Shown piece by piece: positions 27,470-43,900 of a stretch of 64,000 nucleotides of DNA. A model generated the notes under the pieces. The model saw nothing but the letters and a program-made list of their open reading frames with translations. It ran no database searches and was not told the origin of the DNA. The stretch is from the NCBI RefSeq assembly GCF_009914755.1, contig NC_060927.1; one strand, written 5' to 3'. Every line of letters begins with the position of its first letter. Within the stretch, counting starts at the first letter, position 1. The DNA is from the human T2T-CHM13v2.0 reference genome, Homo sapiens. The position numbers were made by a program, and so were the translations under genes.

Positions 27470-27602
27470 TACAATATATAGTATATAATATATTAATATT
27501 ATATAATGATTATATTAATTAATATGTACAGTGTGTAATATATTATGTATAATAGTTAATGCTAATCTATATTAATATATTCTATATGTTTTAATATTAT
27601 AT
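27470..27602. repeat. AT-rich low-complexity tract
   Basis: Degenerate TATAT/TAATA repeats. Confidence 0.8.
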
Positions 27603-27605
27603 AGA

Positions 27606-27951
27606 GAGTCATATACAGTGTCAATGATGGGATATGTTCTGAAAATGAATTGTTAGGTGATTTTATGATTGTGTGAACATTACAGAATGTACTTACACAA
27701 ACCTATATGGTATAGCCTATTAGACACCTAGGCTATATGATATAGCCTATTGCTCCTGGGATACAAACCAGTACAGCATGTTACTATACTGAATAATGCA
27801 GGCAGTTGTAACATATTGATAAGTATTTGGGTATCCAAACATAACCTACACATAGAAAAGATAGTTAAAATATGGTACTATAATCTTATGGGACCACCAT
27901 AGTATATGCAGTCTGTCTTTGATAGAAACGTTGTTATACAGGGCATGACTG
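27606..27951 (-). mobile_element. Tigger3a (MER7A-type) DNA transposon
   Basis: GTACTTACACAAACCTA, CACCTAGGCTATATGATATAGCCTATTGCTCCT and TATAATCTTATGGGACCACC; ends GCATGACTG followed by TA. Confidence 0.9.
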
Positions 27952-28251
27952 TACTACTATTATGTTTACAAATGTGGACCTTATTGAAGAGACTTTATGA
28001 ACCAAAGGATAATTAATTGACAGTTTCATCCAAAGACACACTATATGGACAATTCACATTTACAGTGACACAGAGTAATTTTCCCTTGTGAAGTGAGAGA
28101 AAACCTCAGTTTGTCTCTGGAGTGATCCAATAATTTCCATTCTCATGAAATGTTCATTTTTACAAGTTAAGGAACCTTGATGTGACTCATGAATCAGTTT
28201 CACCACATCTTGCACCATCAGTGTCAGAAAAAAATTGATATTAATATATGC

Positions 28252-28648
28252 TATGTCAATCAGGGAAAGCTGGATTATGCAGTGATAACACAAACTGCAA
28301 AATCTTTGTGCTTTCCAAAGCAGGGTTTTATTTCATGTCTCTGCTAGAAATTCATCATGAGTTGGCCAGAAGCTCAGCCCCAAGATAGGGACTCAAGCTA
28401 AAGGCGATGCCATTATCAAGGATGTTGCTGATTACTGTGTAAGAGGGAAAAAGTTATTAGAGCATCTTCTCACTGGCAGTTAAATAATCCAGTCCACAAG
28501 TAATACTTTTTATGTTGACCATAACCTATTGGCCAGAACCTCTTACAGCATTCTACAGAAATACAAGGAAGATAGGAAAGCCAAATCCTACCATTGATCA
28601 AAAGGACAATAGAACAGACATACATAAACATTAGAAATCTCTACCACA
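28252..28648 (-). mobile_element. MLT1I/J-like solo LTR
   Basis: GATTATGCAGTGATAACA, CCTATTGGCCAGAAC and AATCCTACCAT; terminus CTACCACA. Confidence 0.7.
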
Positions 28649-28841
28649 TTATTTAAATTCCAAAATCTTAATCTTGGGATGAGACTTCTTCCATCAGTAC
28701 ATGTCCCAAAAGGAGGTTTGTGTATAACCCCTTTCCATGATTGATGCTTCAGAAATTCAAGAAGGAAGATGTTCCCATCAAACTTGCTACAGAAGAGGTG
28801 AAAATTCCTAAAATTAAAAGATCAATTTGATTTCTATGTGA

Positions 28842-29236
<395 letters not shown>

Positions 29237-29399
29237 TAATTTGGAATTCACATTGCTTACCTAATGGTGTGATATCACTTTTATGTTTGGATTAAAAAAC
29301 ATTTACATTATTTTTCCTGAAGTCTGTACTTATACATTGTTATCAACAGTTACTATGACAAAAATATCTGTCACATTTTTATCCCCACACTTTTCCTTT

Positions 29400-29690
29400 A
29401 GTGTAGGCAACAACCCCTGTATGCTGTGCTTCCTACTGGTCTTCCAGTCTTCCCTCAGTATTGCCTCTGCTGTTATTTTTCTAAGGCACAGATGCCATCT
29501 TATAACCTCCATGTTTAATAGTTTTCTGTGATTTCCTATAACCTTGTAGAAATCTTGACAGATTTTCCACAGACTCACCTGTCTCTTCACCTTTGTAATC
29601 TATTCTAACACCTACACACAAATTCTACAGGTAAAGGAGACCTATTATTCCTCTTCTTTGATCTGTGGTCATGCTGTGCTCTTCTTCAGG
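29400..29690 (+). mobile_element. L2 fragment
   Basis: CTTCCTACTGGTCTTCCAG...TTTCTAAGGCACAGATG...GATTTCCTATAACCTT. Confidence 0.5.
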
Positions 29691-29862
29691 GAAGCAGTAT
29701 TAAATGAAGTCACAGGTTTTGGGAGTAAATCTGAGCTGATTTCAAATCTACATCACTACTTAGTAAATGAGCATTAGTGTACTGTAAAATGGGAATGCTG
29801 TTTTTTTCTGAGGTATTGCAAATCTAGTGAGCATTCATAGATAGGTAGATGGATGGATAGAT

Positions 29863-29918
<56 letters not shown>
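29863..29918 (+). repeat. (GATA)14 STR embedded in a MIR (about 29690-29970)
   Basis: Perfect GATA array; MIR core CTGTAAAATGGGAAT upstream. Confidence 0.95.
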
Positions 29919-30190
29919 CACATTGCCTGAAACAAACTAAATTATTCTACAAATGACATCTATTACTTCAGACCTCCAGGGATTGCAAGTATCTATTTCT
30001 CTTGAATGTATCTTGTGACCTAGCAAACTTCCACCTCGTCTTCAAGAAATGGCCCAGATGTCTTTCACTTCATTGATAGTCTTTTCCAATGTTCTCATTA
30101 TTCATTTTCTCTTTGTTCTCTTATGGCATTTCAAATTATATTCAGTATAGAAATTTGTATTTTAAGGTGTGAATGTTGTTTATCTTTTGA

Positions 30191-30403
<213 letters not shown>

Positions 30404-30449
30404 TAATTCATTCAATCATTTATATCTATCCATTTATCATGTTGTTAGT

Positions 30450-31690
<1,241 letters not shown>

Positions 31691-32184
31691 GGATACAGGG
31701 GTTTCCTACGAAGAAAATCCTGTTTGAATATCTATGCCAATCCCCTAGCTCCAGTGAGTCTTGGATGTTCACTGTTCATAGTTGTCCCATAGGGAATTGC
31801 TTTAAGCCAGCAGAATGCTCTGTGTGTACTTGACAAGAAGGTATATCCCCAATTCAGAGTCTCAAATTCACAACTCAGACATTGTTAATTGTGCTATAGA
31901 ACTCTTCTGGTGCCTTATTTCTTTTTGTCCAATTATTTTGTTTGAACTGATAGTAATGTATTAATATTTATTTCTTACTACATTTTTGTGTCTAATTTAA
32001 TCTCCTGTAGTTTCTATTTTAATAGAAGTTTGTTATATTTGGTACATACATATTCATAACTGTCATATGTTCATTATGATTTATGGCTTTTAGAGAATAA
32101 TATCTTATGTCATATTTAAGTGCCTTTTTCTTGAATTATACTTTGTCAATATCAAGATCTCAATGCAAATTTTATTTTCTTATA

Positions 32185-32715
32185 TTAACAAATTTATTGA
32201 AGTATAATTGATGCACATAAAATTGCACATATTTAAAGTAGAAAATTAAATGTGTTAAGGCATATGTAGACACATGTAAAACCATCATCGCAATCAAGAT
32301 AATAAATACGTCCATCACCCCTAAATGTTACATTTCTTTGTAATCAATTCCTCTTTATCTCTAGACACTCAATGATTTGCTTGCTGCCACTATAGATTAG
32401 TTTGGATTTTCTAGAATTTTACAAAAATGGAAACATACAGTATATAACTCCTTATTGTCTATGTTATTTACTCAGCATAATTATTTTGACATTTATTGTT
32501 TATGTTGGATATACCAATCATTTCATCATTTTTATTGTTCATTACAAGTTCATTGTTTGTCTATTTCACAGTTTGTTTACCTATTTATCTGTTGATTCAC
32601 ATTTGAGTTGTTTCCAATTGTTGGCTATTACAAATATTATTGTTATGGGTATTCATGTGTAAATGTTTGTGAAAACATAGATGTCTTAGTATTTTGTGTA
32701 AGTATCTCAGAAATA
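32185..32715 (-). mobile_element. L1M (L1MB-L1MD class) 3' end
   Basis: TTTATTGAAGTATAATTGA...TGCACATATTTAAAGT...CACTATAGATTAGTTTGGATTTTCTAGAATTTTA. Confidence 0.85.
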
Positions 32716-33049
32716 TGTAATATATGCTTTGTAGAAACTTTAGTAATTATTTGGCTATTGCTCCCTGGTGTCTCTTGGCCATGGTCTCCGGCATTTCATC
32801 CCATGTTAAGTGAAAAGCAGTATTCAGTCCAAAATTCTTAGAGACTATCTGCAGATTTCCGGAATTGTCTGTACAGAGTCCTCCTCTTTGGCATCTTTCT
32901 CCAAAATATCTAACAACATCAGCCTCTGTAAACCCTGTTCTCATTATATTTACTTTTTTATAATAGTCTGTTAATGTAGTGAACTATGCTGATTGATTTT
33001 TGAAAGTTAAACCAAACTGACATTCTTGGGATAAACCTTATTCAATCAT

Positions 33050-33050
<1 letters not shown>

Positions 33051-33086
<36 letters not shown>
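33051..33086 (+). repeat. (GT)18 microsatellite inside an L1M fragment
   Basis: Directly visible. Confidence 0.97.
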
Positions 33087-33092
<6 letters not shown>

Positions 33093-33121
33093 CAGCTGGA
33101 TAGATCAGTCATGGTTTTTAA

Positions 33122-33497
<376 letters not shown>

Positions 33498-33519
33498 TGC
33501 TTTAAAAATTTCTATCTAA

Positions 33520-35188
33520 AGGTACAGAACAAGATGGCAGAATAAAAGCCTTCAGCATTGGTACCTCCTGAAGAAACACCAAATTTTACTATCTGCACAC
33601 AGAAAAGCATTGTCACAAGAACCAAAAACCAAGTGAGCAATCACAGTACCTGGTTTTAACTTCAACTCATTGAAAGAGGCTTTGAGGAGAGCAGGAGAGA
33701 CAGTGTTGAATTGCCAGTGCCACTCCTCCATTCCCTACTGCAGCCATGCAGTTCTGAGAATCTGTTCACTTGAGGGAGGGAAAGTACGGTAATAAGGGAA
33801 CATTACATTGAACTCAGTGCTACCCTGTCACAGCAGAGAATAAAGCTGTGCTGAGCTCAACTAGCACCCATGCACAGAGGGAGAATTTGGACCAGACCCA
33901 GCTAGAGGAGAATCACCCATCCCATCAGTCAAAACTCAAATTTCTCAGCAAGCCTCACTACCACAGGCCAAAGTGCTCTAGGGTGCTAAGTAAACTTGAA
34001 AGGCAGTCTAGGACACAAGCACTGCAATTCCTAGAACGGCAATTCCTAGGCAACTCCTAGTGCTGGGCTGAGGTCAGAACCAGTGGACTAGCCTGGCATA
34101 TGATCTAGGGAGATACCAGTCAGGGCCGCTAAAGGAGTGCTTGCACCACTCCTCCCATTACCCAAGGCAGTGCAGCTCACAGCAGTGAAAGTCTCCTTCC
34201 TTCTGCTCAAGGGGAGGAGAGCTAAGAGTAAAAAGCACTTAGTTTTTCTTCTTGGATACAAGCTCAGCCACAGTAGGATAAAGCACCAAGCAGAGTCTTA
34301 ATGCTCCCATTCTGGGCCCTAGCTCCAGGATTACATTTCTAAACACATCCTAGGTCTAAAGGGAACCTACTGCCTTGAAGGGACTAACCCAGTCCTGTCA
34401 ATATTTATCACCTGCTACCTAAAGAGCCCTTGTGCCCTGAATAACCTGTAGCAATATTCAGGTAATACACCATGGGCCTTGAGCTCTGAGACATGCTGAC
34501 TACAGGTGTAATCCAGCGCATTCCAAGCTATGGTGGCTATGTTGAAAGACTCCTTTTGGATAAAAGTTAAGGAAAAGTAAAGGGGGCTTTGTCTCACACC
34601 TTAGATGCCAGCTTGACCACAGTGGAGTAGGACAACAAGTAGGCTCTTAGGAGTCCCTGAGTGTAGGCTCAGGCTCTTGGTAAGCATTTGTGGACTTTCC
34701 CTGAGACAGAGGAGAGCCCAATTCCCAGAAGGCTGAGTCCCAGGCCTGGCAGCATTTATCACAAGCTGACTGAAGAGCACTTGGGCTTTAAGTGAACAGG
34801 AGCAGTGGCCTCACAAAAGCTCCTTGTGGACCAGCAGTGGTGCTGCCACAGGGAGAGGCTTCACTGCCCTTGGAAAGGTGGGTAAAAAGCAGGAAGGACT
34901 TTATATTGTAGTTTGAGTGCCAGTTTAGCAGCAGTAGAATAAACATCAGGCAAATTTCTAAGGTTTTTGACTTCGATTCCTGGCTCCCTGACAGCATCTC
35001 TGAACCCACCCAGGGCCTAGGGGAACTTGGTTCCCTGAAGGAAAATACACAAACCTGAATAGCTTCACCACCTTCTAATTGTAAAGACTCAGGGCCTTGA
35101 GTGAACATGGGTGGTAGACAAGTAGTGGTTCCAGCAGGCCACACCCCCAGTTCCAGACAGCTAAGCACAGGGAGAGAGACTCTATTTT
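33520..35188 (+). mobile_element. L1M1-type 5' UTR (L1MA1-3/L1PB class), truncated on its 3' side
   Basis: CAAGATGGCAGAATA, AAGAACCAAAAA and ATCACAGTACCTGGTTTTAACTTCA. Internal repeated subunits (CTGAAGAGC/GGGCCTTGAG). Confidence 0.85.
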
Positions 35189-35655
35189 CAGAGTAGTTTT
35201 CGTAGGTTTTTGGTTTTCTGTTCTTGTGTTAGTTTGCTGAGGAATGGCATCGAGCTCCATCCATGTCCCTGCAAAGGACATAAAATTGTTCCTTTTTATG
35301 GCTGCATGGTATTCCATAGTGTAGATGCTGGAACCACATTTTCTTTATTCAGTGTATCACCAGAGGGCATTTAGGTTGATTCCATGTCTTTTCTATTGTG
35401 AATAGTGCTGCAGTGAACATATTCATGCATGTGTCTTCATAATAGAATGATTTATATTCCTTTGGGTATATACCCAGTAATGGGATCGCTGCATCAAGTG
35501 GTATTTCTGCCTGTAGGTCTTTGAGAAATTGCCACATTTTCTTCCACAATTGTTGAACTCATGTATACTCCCACCAACAGTGTAAAAGCATTCCTTTTTC
35601 TCCACAACCCCACCACTGACTTTTTAATAATAGCCGTTCTGCTGGTGTGAGATAG

Positions 35656-36016
<361 letters not shown>

Positions 36017-39000
36017 GATGTTGAGCTTTTATTCATATGTTTGTTGGCCACATGTATGTCTTCTTTTGAGAAGTGTCTGTTCATGTCCTTTGCCCACTTT
36101 TTAATACTTTAATATGGTTGTTTATTTCTTTGTAAATTTGTTTAAGTTCTTTGTAGATGCTGGATATTAGACCTTTGTCAGATAGATTACAGAAATTTTC
36201 TCCCAGATCTGTAGCTTGTCTGTTTGCTCTGTTCATACTTTCTTTTGTTGTGCAGAAGCTCTTTAGTTTAATTAGTTTCCATTTGCCAATTTTTGCTTAT
36301 GTTGCAATTGCTTTTGACTGCTTTGTCATGAAATCTTTGCCCATGCCTATGTCTCAAATTGTATTGCCTAGGTTTTCTTCTAGGGTTTTTATAGTTTTGG
36401 ATTTTACATTTAACTCTTTAATCCATCTTGAGTTGATTTTTGTATATGATGTAAGGAAATGGTCCAGTTACAATTTTCTGCATATGGCTAACCAGTTCTC
36501 CCAGCTCCATTTATTGAATAAAGAATCTTTTTCCATTGCTTGTTTTTGACAGGTTTGTCAAAGATCAAGTAGTTGTAGATGTGTGGTCTTATTTCTGGGT
36601 TCTCTGTTCTGTTCCATTGGTGTTTGTGTCTGTTCTTGTACCAGTAGCATGCTGTTTTGGTTACTGTAGCTTTGTAGTGTAGTTTGAAGTCAGGTAGCAT
36701 GATACTTCCAGTTTTGTTCTTTTTGCTTAGAATTGTCTTGGCTATTCAGGCTCTTTTTTTAGTTCCATATGAATTTTAAAATAGTCTTTTTTAAATTCCA
36801 TGAAGAATGACTGATAATTTCATAAAAATAGCATCGAATCTATAAATTGCTTTGGGCAGTATGGCCATTTTTATAAGATTGATTCTTCCTATCCATGAGC
36901 ATGGAATGTTTTTTCATTTGGTTGTGTCATCTCTGATATCTTTGCAGTGGTTTGCAGTTCTCCTTGAAGAGATCCCTCACTTCTCTTTTTATTTGTATAA
37001 AATAAAATTCCTAGGTATTTTATTCTTTTTGTGGCAATTATGAATGGAAGTTCATTCATGATTTGGCTGTCTGCTTACCAATTGTTGGGTTGTAGAAATG
37101 ACAGAATTTTTGCACATTGATTTTGTATCCTGAGACTTTGCTGAAGTTGCTTATCAGATTAAGAAGGTTTTGGGCTGAGATGATGGGGTTTTCTTGATAT
37201 AGGATCATGTCATCTGCAAACAAAAGTTAGTTTGACTTTCTCTTCCTATTTGAATATGCTTTATTTCTTTCTCTTGTCTGGTTGTCCTGGCCAGAACTTC
37301 CAATACTATGTTAAATAGGAGGGGTGAGAGATGGCATCCTTGTGTTGTGCTGGTTTTCAAGGAGAATGCTTCCAGCTTTTGCCCATTCATTATGATACTA
37401 GCTGTGGGTTTGTCATATATGGCTCTTATTATTTTGAGTTATGTTCCTTCAATACCTAGTTTATTGAGAGTTTTTATCATGAAAGAATGTTGAATTTTAT
37501 CAAAGGCCTTTTCTGCATCTATTGAGATAATCATGTGGTTTTTGTCTTTAGTTCTGCTTGTGGAATGAATCACATTTAATGATTTGCGTATGTTGAACCA
37601 ATCTTGCATCCCAGGGATGAAGCCTACTTGATCATAGTGGATAAGCTTTTTGATGTGGTGCTGGATTTGATTTGCCAGTATTTTACTGAGAATTTTTGCA
37701 TCAGTGTTCATCAAGGATATTGGTCTGAAGTTTTCTTTTATTGTGTCTCAGCCAAGTTTTGGTATCAGGCTGATGCTGGCCTCATAGAATTAGTTAAGGA
37801 GAAGTGCCTCCATTTCCATTTTTTGAAATAGTTTCAGTAGGAATGGTACCAGCTCTTCTTTGAATATCTCGTAGAATTCAGCCGTAAATTCATCTGTTCT
37901 TGAGCTTTTTTTTTGTTAGTAGGCTATTTATCACTGCCTCAATTTTAGAACTAATTATTGGTCTATTTAAGGAATCAATTTCTTCCTGGTTCAGTCTTGG
38001 GAGGGTGTATGCATCCAGGAATTATTCCATTTCTTCTAGATTTTCTAGTTAATGGGCATAGAAATGTTTATAGTATTTTCTGATGGTTCTTTGTATTTCT
38101 GTAGGGTCAGTGGTAATATCCCCCTTATCATTTCTTATTGTGTCTGTTTGCATCTTCTCTCTTTTCTTCTTTATCAATCTAGCTAGCAGTGTATTAATTT
38201 TTTCACAAACTAGATCCTGGATTCATTGATTTTTTGAAAGGTTTTTTTTTAATCTCTAACTCCTTCAGTTCAGCTCTGATCTTCGTTATTTCTTGTGTAT
38301 TGCTAGCTTTAGGGTTTGTTTGTAGTTGATTCTCAGTTTTTATAGTTGTGATGTTAGGATATTAAATTGAGATCTCTCTAGCTTTTTGATGTGGGCATTA
38401 AGGGCTATAAATTTTCCTCTAACACTGCTTTAGCTGTGTCCCAGAGATTTGTGTACATCATATCTTTTTTCTCATTAGTTTCAAAAACATCTTATTTTCT
38501 GCCTTAATTCCATGATTTACTCAAGAATCATTCAGGAGCAGATTGTTCAGTTTGCTCGTAGTTGTATGCTTTAGAGTGAACTTCTTAATCTCAAATTCTA
38601 ATTTGATTGAGCTGTGGTCTAAGAGACTGTTATACTTTCAGTTCTTTTGCATTTGCTGAGTGTTTTACTTCCAATTATGTGATCAATTTTAGACTGTCAT
38701 GTGGCAATGAGAAGAATGTATATTCTGTTGTTTTGGAGTGGAGAGTTCTGTAGGTATATAACAGGTCCTCTTGATCCAGAGTTGAGTTCAGGTTCTGAAA
38801 ATCTTTGTTAGTTTTCTGTCTCAATGATCTGTCTAATCTTTTCAGTGAGGTGTTAAAGTATCCCACCATTATTTTTGTGGGACTCTAAATCTCTTTGAAG
38901 GTCTCTAAGAACTTGCTTTATGAATCTGAATGCTCTTGTTTTGGGTGAATATATATATTTAGGATAGCTACGTCTTCTTGTTGAATTGAACCCTGTACCA

Positions 39001-41010
39001 TTATGTAATGCCCTTCTTTGTCTTTTTTGATCTTTGCTGGTTAAAAGTCTGTTTTGTCAGAAACTAGGATTGCAGCCCCTGATTTTTTCTGTTTTTTATT
39101 TTCTTGGTAAATTTTCTTCCATCCCTTTATTCTGAGCCTACGTGTGTCTTTGCATGTGAGATGGGCCTCTTGAAGAGAGCATACTGATGGGTCTTGGCTT
39201 TTTATACAGCTTACCATATTGTGTCTTTTAATTGAGGCATTTAGCCCATTTACATTTAAGGTTAGTATTGTTATGTGTGGATTTGATCTCATCATTATAC
39301 TACTAGTTGGTTATTTTGCAGACTTGTTAATGTGGTTGCTTTATAGTGTCACTGGTCTGCATACTTCAGTGTCCTTTTGTAGTGGCTGGTAATGGTTTCT
39401 TCTTTCGGTATTTAGTGCTTCCTTCAAGAGCTCTTGCAAGGCAGCCCTGGTGGTGATATATTCCCTTGAGATTTGCTTGTCTGAAAAGAATCTGATTTCT
39501 CCTGCACTTTTGAAGGTTAGTTTGGACTGATATGAAATTTCGTGTTATAAATTCTAAGAATATTGAATATTGGCTTCCAATCCCTTTTGGCTTGTAGGGT
39601 TTCTGCTGGGAGGTTTGCTATTAGTCTGATTTGTAGGTGACGTGGTCTTTCCCTTTGGCTGCACTTAACATTTTTTCTTTTACTTCTACCTTGGAGAATC
39701 TGATAATTATGTGTCTTGGGGATAATCTTTTGGCGGAATATCTTACTGGGGTTCTCTTCATTTCCTGAATTTCAATGTTGACCTTTCTGGCCAGGTTGAG
39801 AATGTTATCCTGGATGATACCCTGAAGTATGTTATCAAACTTGGTTCATTCTCCCCATCTCTTTCATGTACCCCAGTCAGTCATAGATCCAGTCTCTTTA
39901 CATAATCCCATATTTCTCAGTGGTTTTGTTCATTCCTTTTTATTATTTTTTCTCTCTTCTTGTCTGCCTGTCTTATTTCAGAGAGATAGTCTTCAAGCTC
40001 TGAGACTCTTCTTCACTTGGTCTATTCTGCTATTAGTACTCATGATTGCATTGTGAAATTCTTGTAGTTGTGTTTATTAGCTCTAACAGGTTGGTTATGT
40101 TCCTCTCTAGATGGGTTATTTTGGCTGTAAGCTCCTGGTTTGTTTTATCATGCTTCTTAGCTTCTTTGCATTACATTACAATGTGCTCTTTTAGCTCAAA
40201 GAAGTTCATTATCATCCACATTCTGAAGCCTACTTCTGTCATTTTAGCCATCTCAGCCACAGCCCAGTTCTTGCTGGAAAGGTGCTGTGGTCATTTGGGG
40301 GAAAAGCAGCACTCTGAATTTTTGAGTTTTCAGTGTTTTTGCATTGATTCTTTCTCATTTTTGTGGACTTATCTGTACCTTTGATCTTTGAGGTTGCTGA
40401 CATTTGGATGGAGTTTTTGTTGGGGGGTTTGTTGTTGCTGTTTTCTGTTTGTTTGCTTTTCTTTTAACAGTCTGGCCACTCTTCAGTCAGAGATGCTGTG
40501 ATTTGCTGAGGGTCTGTTCCAGACCATAGTTGCCTCAGTTTTTCCCAGACATGGAAGTATCACCAGTTAAGGCTGTGAAACAGCAAAGATGGTAGCCTGC
40601 CCTTTCCTCTGGAAGCTCCATCCCAGGCGGGTACTGACCTATTGCCAACCTCTATGCATCTGTAAGAGGTGGCTGGAGACCCCAGTTTGGAGGTCTCACC
40701 CAGTGAGGAAGAATGGGATCAGGGACCTGTTAAAGCAGCAGTCTGACTGCTTTTTGGTAGAGGAGGTGTACTGTGTTAGCAGTCCCTTCAGTCCTTGATG
40801 TTTGGGCTCTCCAAGGCCCACAGACTGGACGAGCTGAGAAGCCTGAAGAGCCAAGGCAACAGCCTGCCCTGTCCCTCAGGCACTCTGTCCTAGGGAAAAA
40901 TTATACCTTTGTTGGCCATAGAACACGGACAGGGGTGGCCAGAGGCCCCAGCTGGGAGGACCTTCCCCATGAGGAGAAGTGGATTGCAGTCCCACTTAAA
41001 GAAGCAGTCT

Positions 41011-41465
<455 letters not shown>

Positions 41466-42319
41466 CTAAGATGTGCAGGTGGGCATGGCTGGAGGGCCTG
41501 GTTGTAGGTCTCGCTTAGTGAGGAGGAATAGATTGGGGTCTTGCTTAAGGAAGCATAATTTGGCCATGATCTGGCCATGATCTGGCAAAGCCTCTGTGCT
41601 TCACTGGCATGACGCTTTCTTGTCTGTTTGGACTCTCCAAAGCCCACAGGCTAGAACAGCTTGGTTGAACAAACAGCAGAGATGGTGACCACCCATTTTG
41701 CTGGGGGCTCCATCCCATCTCACAAAGGCTCCACCCTGTTGCAAGTGGCTGGCTGGAATTCCAAGCCAGTTTGTCTTATCTATTGAGGTGCTGTGGAAGT
41801 GGGACCGATGGAATGATGCTGTTTGGCTCCTAGGAAGGTATGTGCAGGCCTTCCGACTTGCCTGAGTTGCAGACACATGTGTTGGGGATCCCAGGGCTGG
41901 ACTATATAAAGCTCCTGGGTCTCTGTGTGTGCTTGAACAGCTGCTCCACCAAGATTCCCCACAGTTCTGTGTGTCGGACCCGAGGCCCTGATGGTGTGGG
42001 CTCACTAGGGGATCTCCTGATCTGCAGTTTGCAAAGATCCGTGGAAGAAGTGTGATTTCCCAGGGTCACACAATCACTCACTGCTTCCCTTGACTGGAGG
42101 TGAGGGCTCCCTTGGCTTTGTGTGGCTTCCAGGTAGGCCGTCACCCTGCCCTGTTTTTCTTCATTCTCCATCGGTCAATTTGTTTCCATGATCAGTCCCA
42201 GTATGAGTACCTGGATATTTTGGTTGAAGGTGCTGTATTCACTCATCCTTTTCGTTCTTCTCCATGAGCGCTGAGGACTGCAGCTGCTTCTAACTGACCA
42301 TCTTGGCACTAAATCCTTA

Positions 42320-42902
42320 AGATTTGTTATAATGGATACAGGGATTTAGGTATAGTATAAATATATATAGGCATAATTATTAAGGTAATAGACCTCTCAG
42401 GACTCTTTCCTATACCATATTTAATGAGGTTTCTCTACTAGGCCTGGTGTGAATGAACTCTTCCTTCCCTTTTAAAAACCAGTAATTATTTGGCAATTGC
42501 TCCCTTGTGTCTCTTGGCATAGTCTTGAAAAGTAGTATTCAGTCCAAATTTCTTTGAGACAATCTGCAGATTTCTGCAGTTGTCCTTGCAGAGTCCTTCT
42601 CTTTGGCATTCTTCTCTAAAATTTCAGCCACCTCAGCCTCTGTGAACTCTGCTATCTTTTTCTTCAACTCAGCAAGATTGTTGGGCTCCATTTGGGTTCC
42701 CATACCTGCTCTGTAGCCCGAAGCTACCTCTCAGCAGTATTTTCAAGACAATCTACTGTTATGATCACAATCTTGTTTTCCATGATCCACTGTTTCAAAA
42801 TAATTATTTCATATATTTTTTCTAGTTTTCTAATTGTCTACAATAGAAAGGTAATTGCAAAACAGTTCATTCATAATAGTTCAGGTGTAAAAGCAGAAGT
42901 TG
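42320..42902 (-). mobile_element. Ancient L1ME-type 5' UTR
   Basis: ATCTGCAGATTTCTG, TTTGGGTTCCC and CATATATTTTTTCTAGTTTTCTAATTGT; terminal AAGCAGAAGT. Confidence 0.65.
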
Positions 42903-43744
42903 CAAATATCCAAAATTTATACTTGTTAATCCACATAGCTTACTGAATTTTCTAACCAAATAACGTGTCCTTATCTATATCTGCTTTCACCATGCTCTAA
43001 CGAGGATTTCAGATCTAGATGGTAATTTGGGGATGTGAGTTTGCTGAGCAACACTAAATATACTATACTCACCTTTTCCAAGTGATAGCTCTTTTATTAA
43101 CATGGCCACCACTTACTAACAACTTCTGCTATTTTAATGGTAATGTAGATTCCTTGCCTTCTTTAGTTACTATTTCAATTTCATTCTTACACAAACATAT
43201 GTACCTATTCTGCTGTTTTTTGAAACTCGATAAATCATACCTGTTACTTAATTTATCTTCATTCTGCCCTTTTCTTCTTATTATTCTAATCCCTTTTTGA
43301 TATTTCCATTTCATCTTTAACACCAGATATCTAGTCGATCCATCTCTTTGTTCATTTCTATCTTTCCTTAACCCTGGAGTGAAACACCTTGATAGACCAG
43401 CTATTTCATTGTTGTTGTACTTAATAAAACTCTTGCTAGCATATATGATGGTCAGAGATGCTTGACAGTGAGTGATTACAATTTTATTGTAAGGCTATGT
43501 TGTTTGTAGAAAGAGTGTGAGTTTTATAACTAGAAAATGTGTTTCAAGTTTTATATTGTTATTACATAGGTATAACACTTAACCACAGAGTCTGTTTTCC
43601 TGGCCGTAAATGGAGATGAGTCTTTCCAAATTCCCAAACTACAGAATCTCTGAAATTTATATATTAAAAAAATCGTTGTTTTAAGTGTATAAGTTAAAGT
43701 ATTTTATAGGTAGCAATAATAACTGGAAAAATAATGTGGAATCA

Positions 43745-43900
43745 ATTCCTCAGATGCACTATTAGGTTCCCTTACTTGTAAATTGGGCATAATGGTAATG
43801 TCTATTTCAGGGGGCTTTGTAAAAATTAAATGTTATTTACAGAAAATAATTTATTAATAGTTGAATGCCTAGCATATAAAAGGTGCTTTGCAAATGTTAA
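43745..43900 (+). mobile_element. MIR
   Basis: TTCCCTTACTTGTAAATTGGGCATAATG...TGCCTAGCATATAAAAGGTGCT. Confidence 0.6.
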
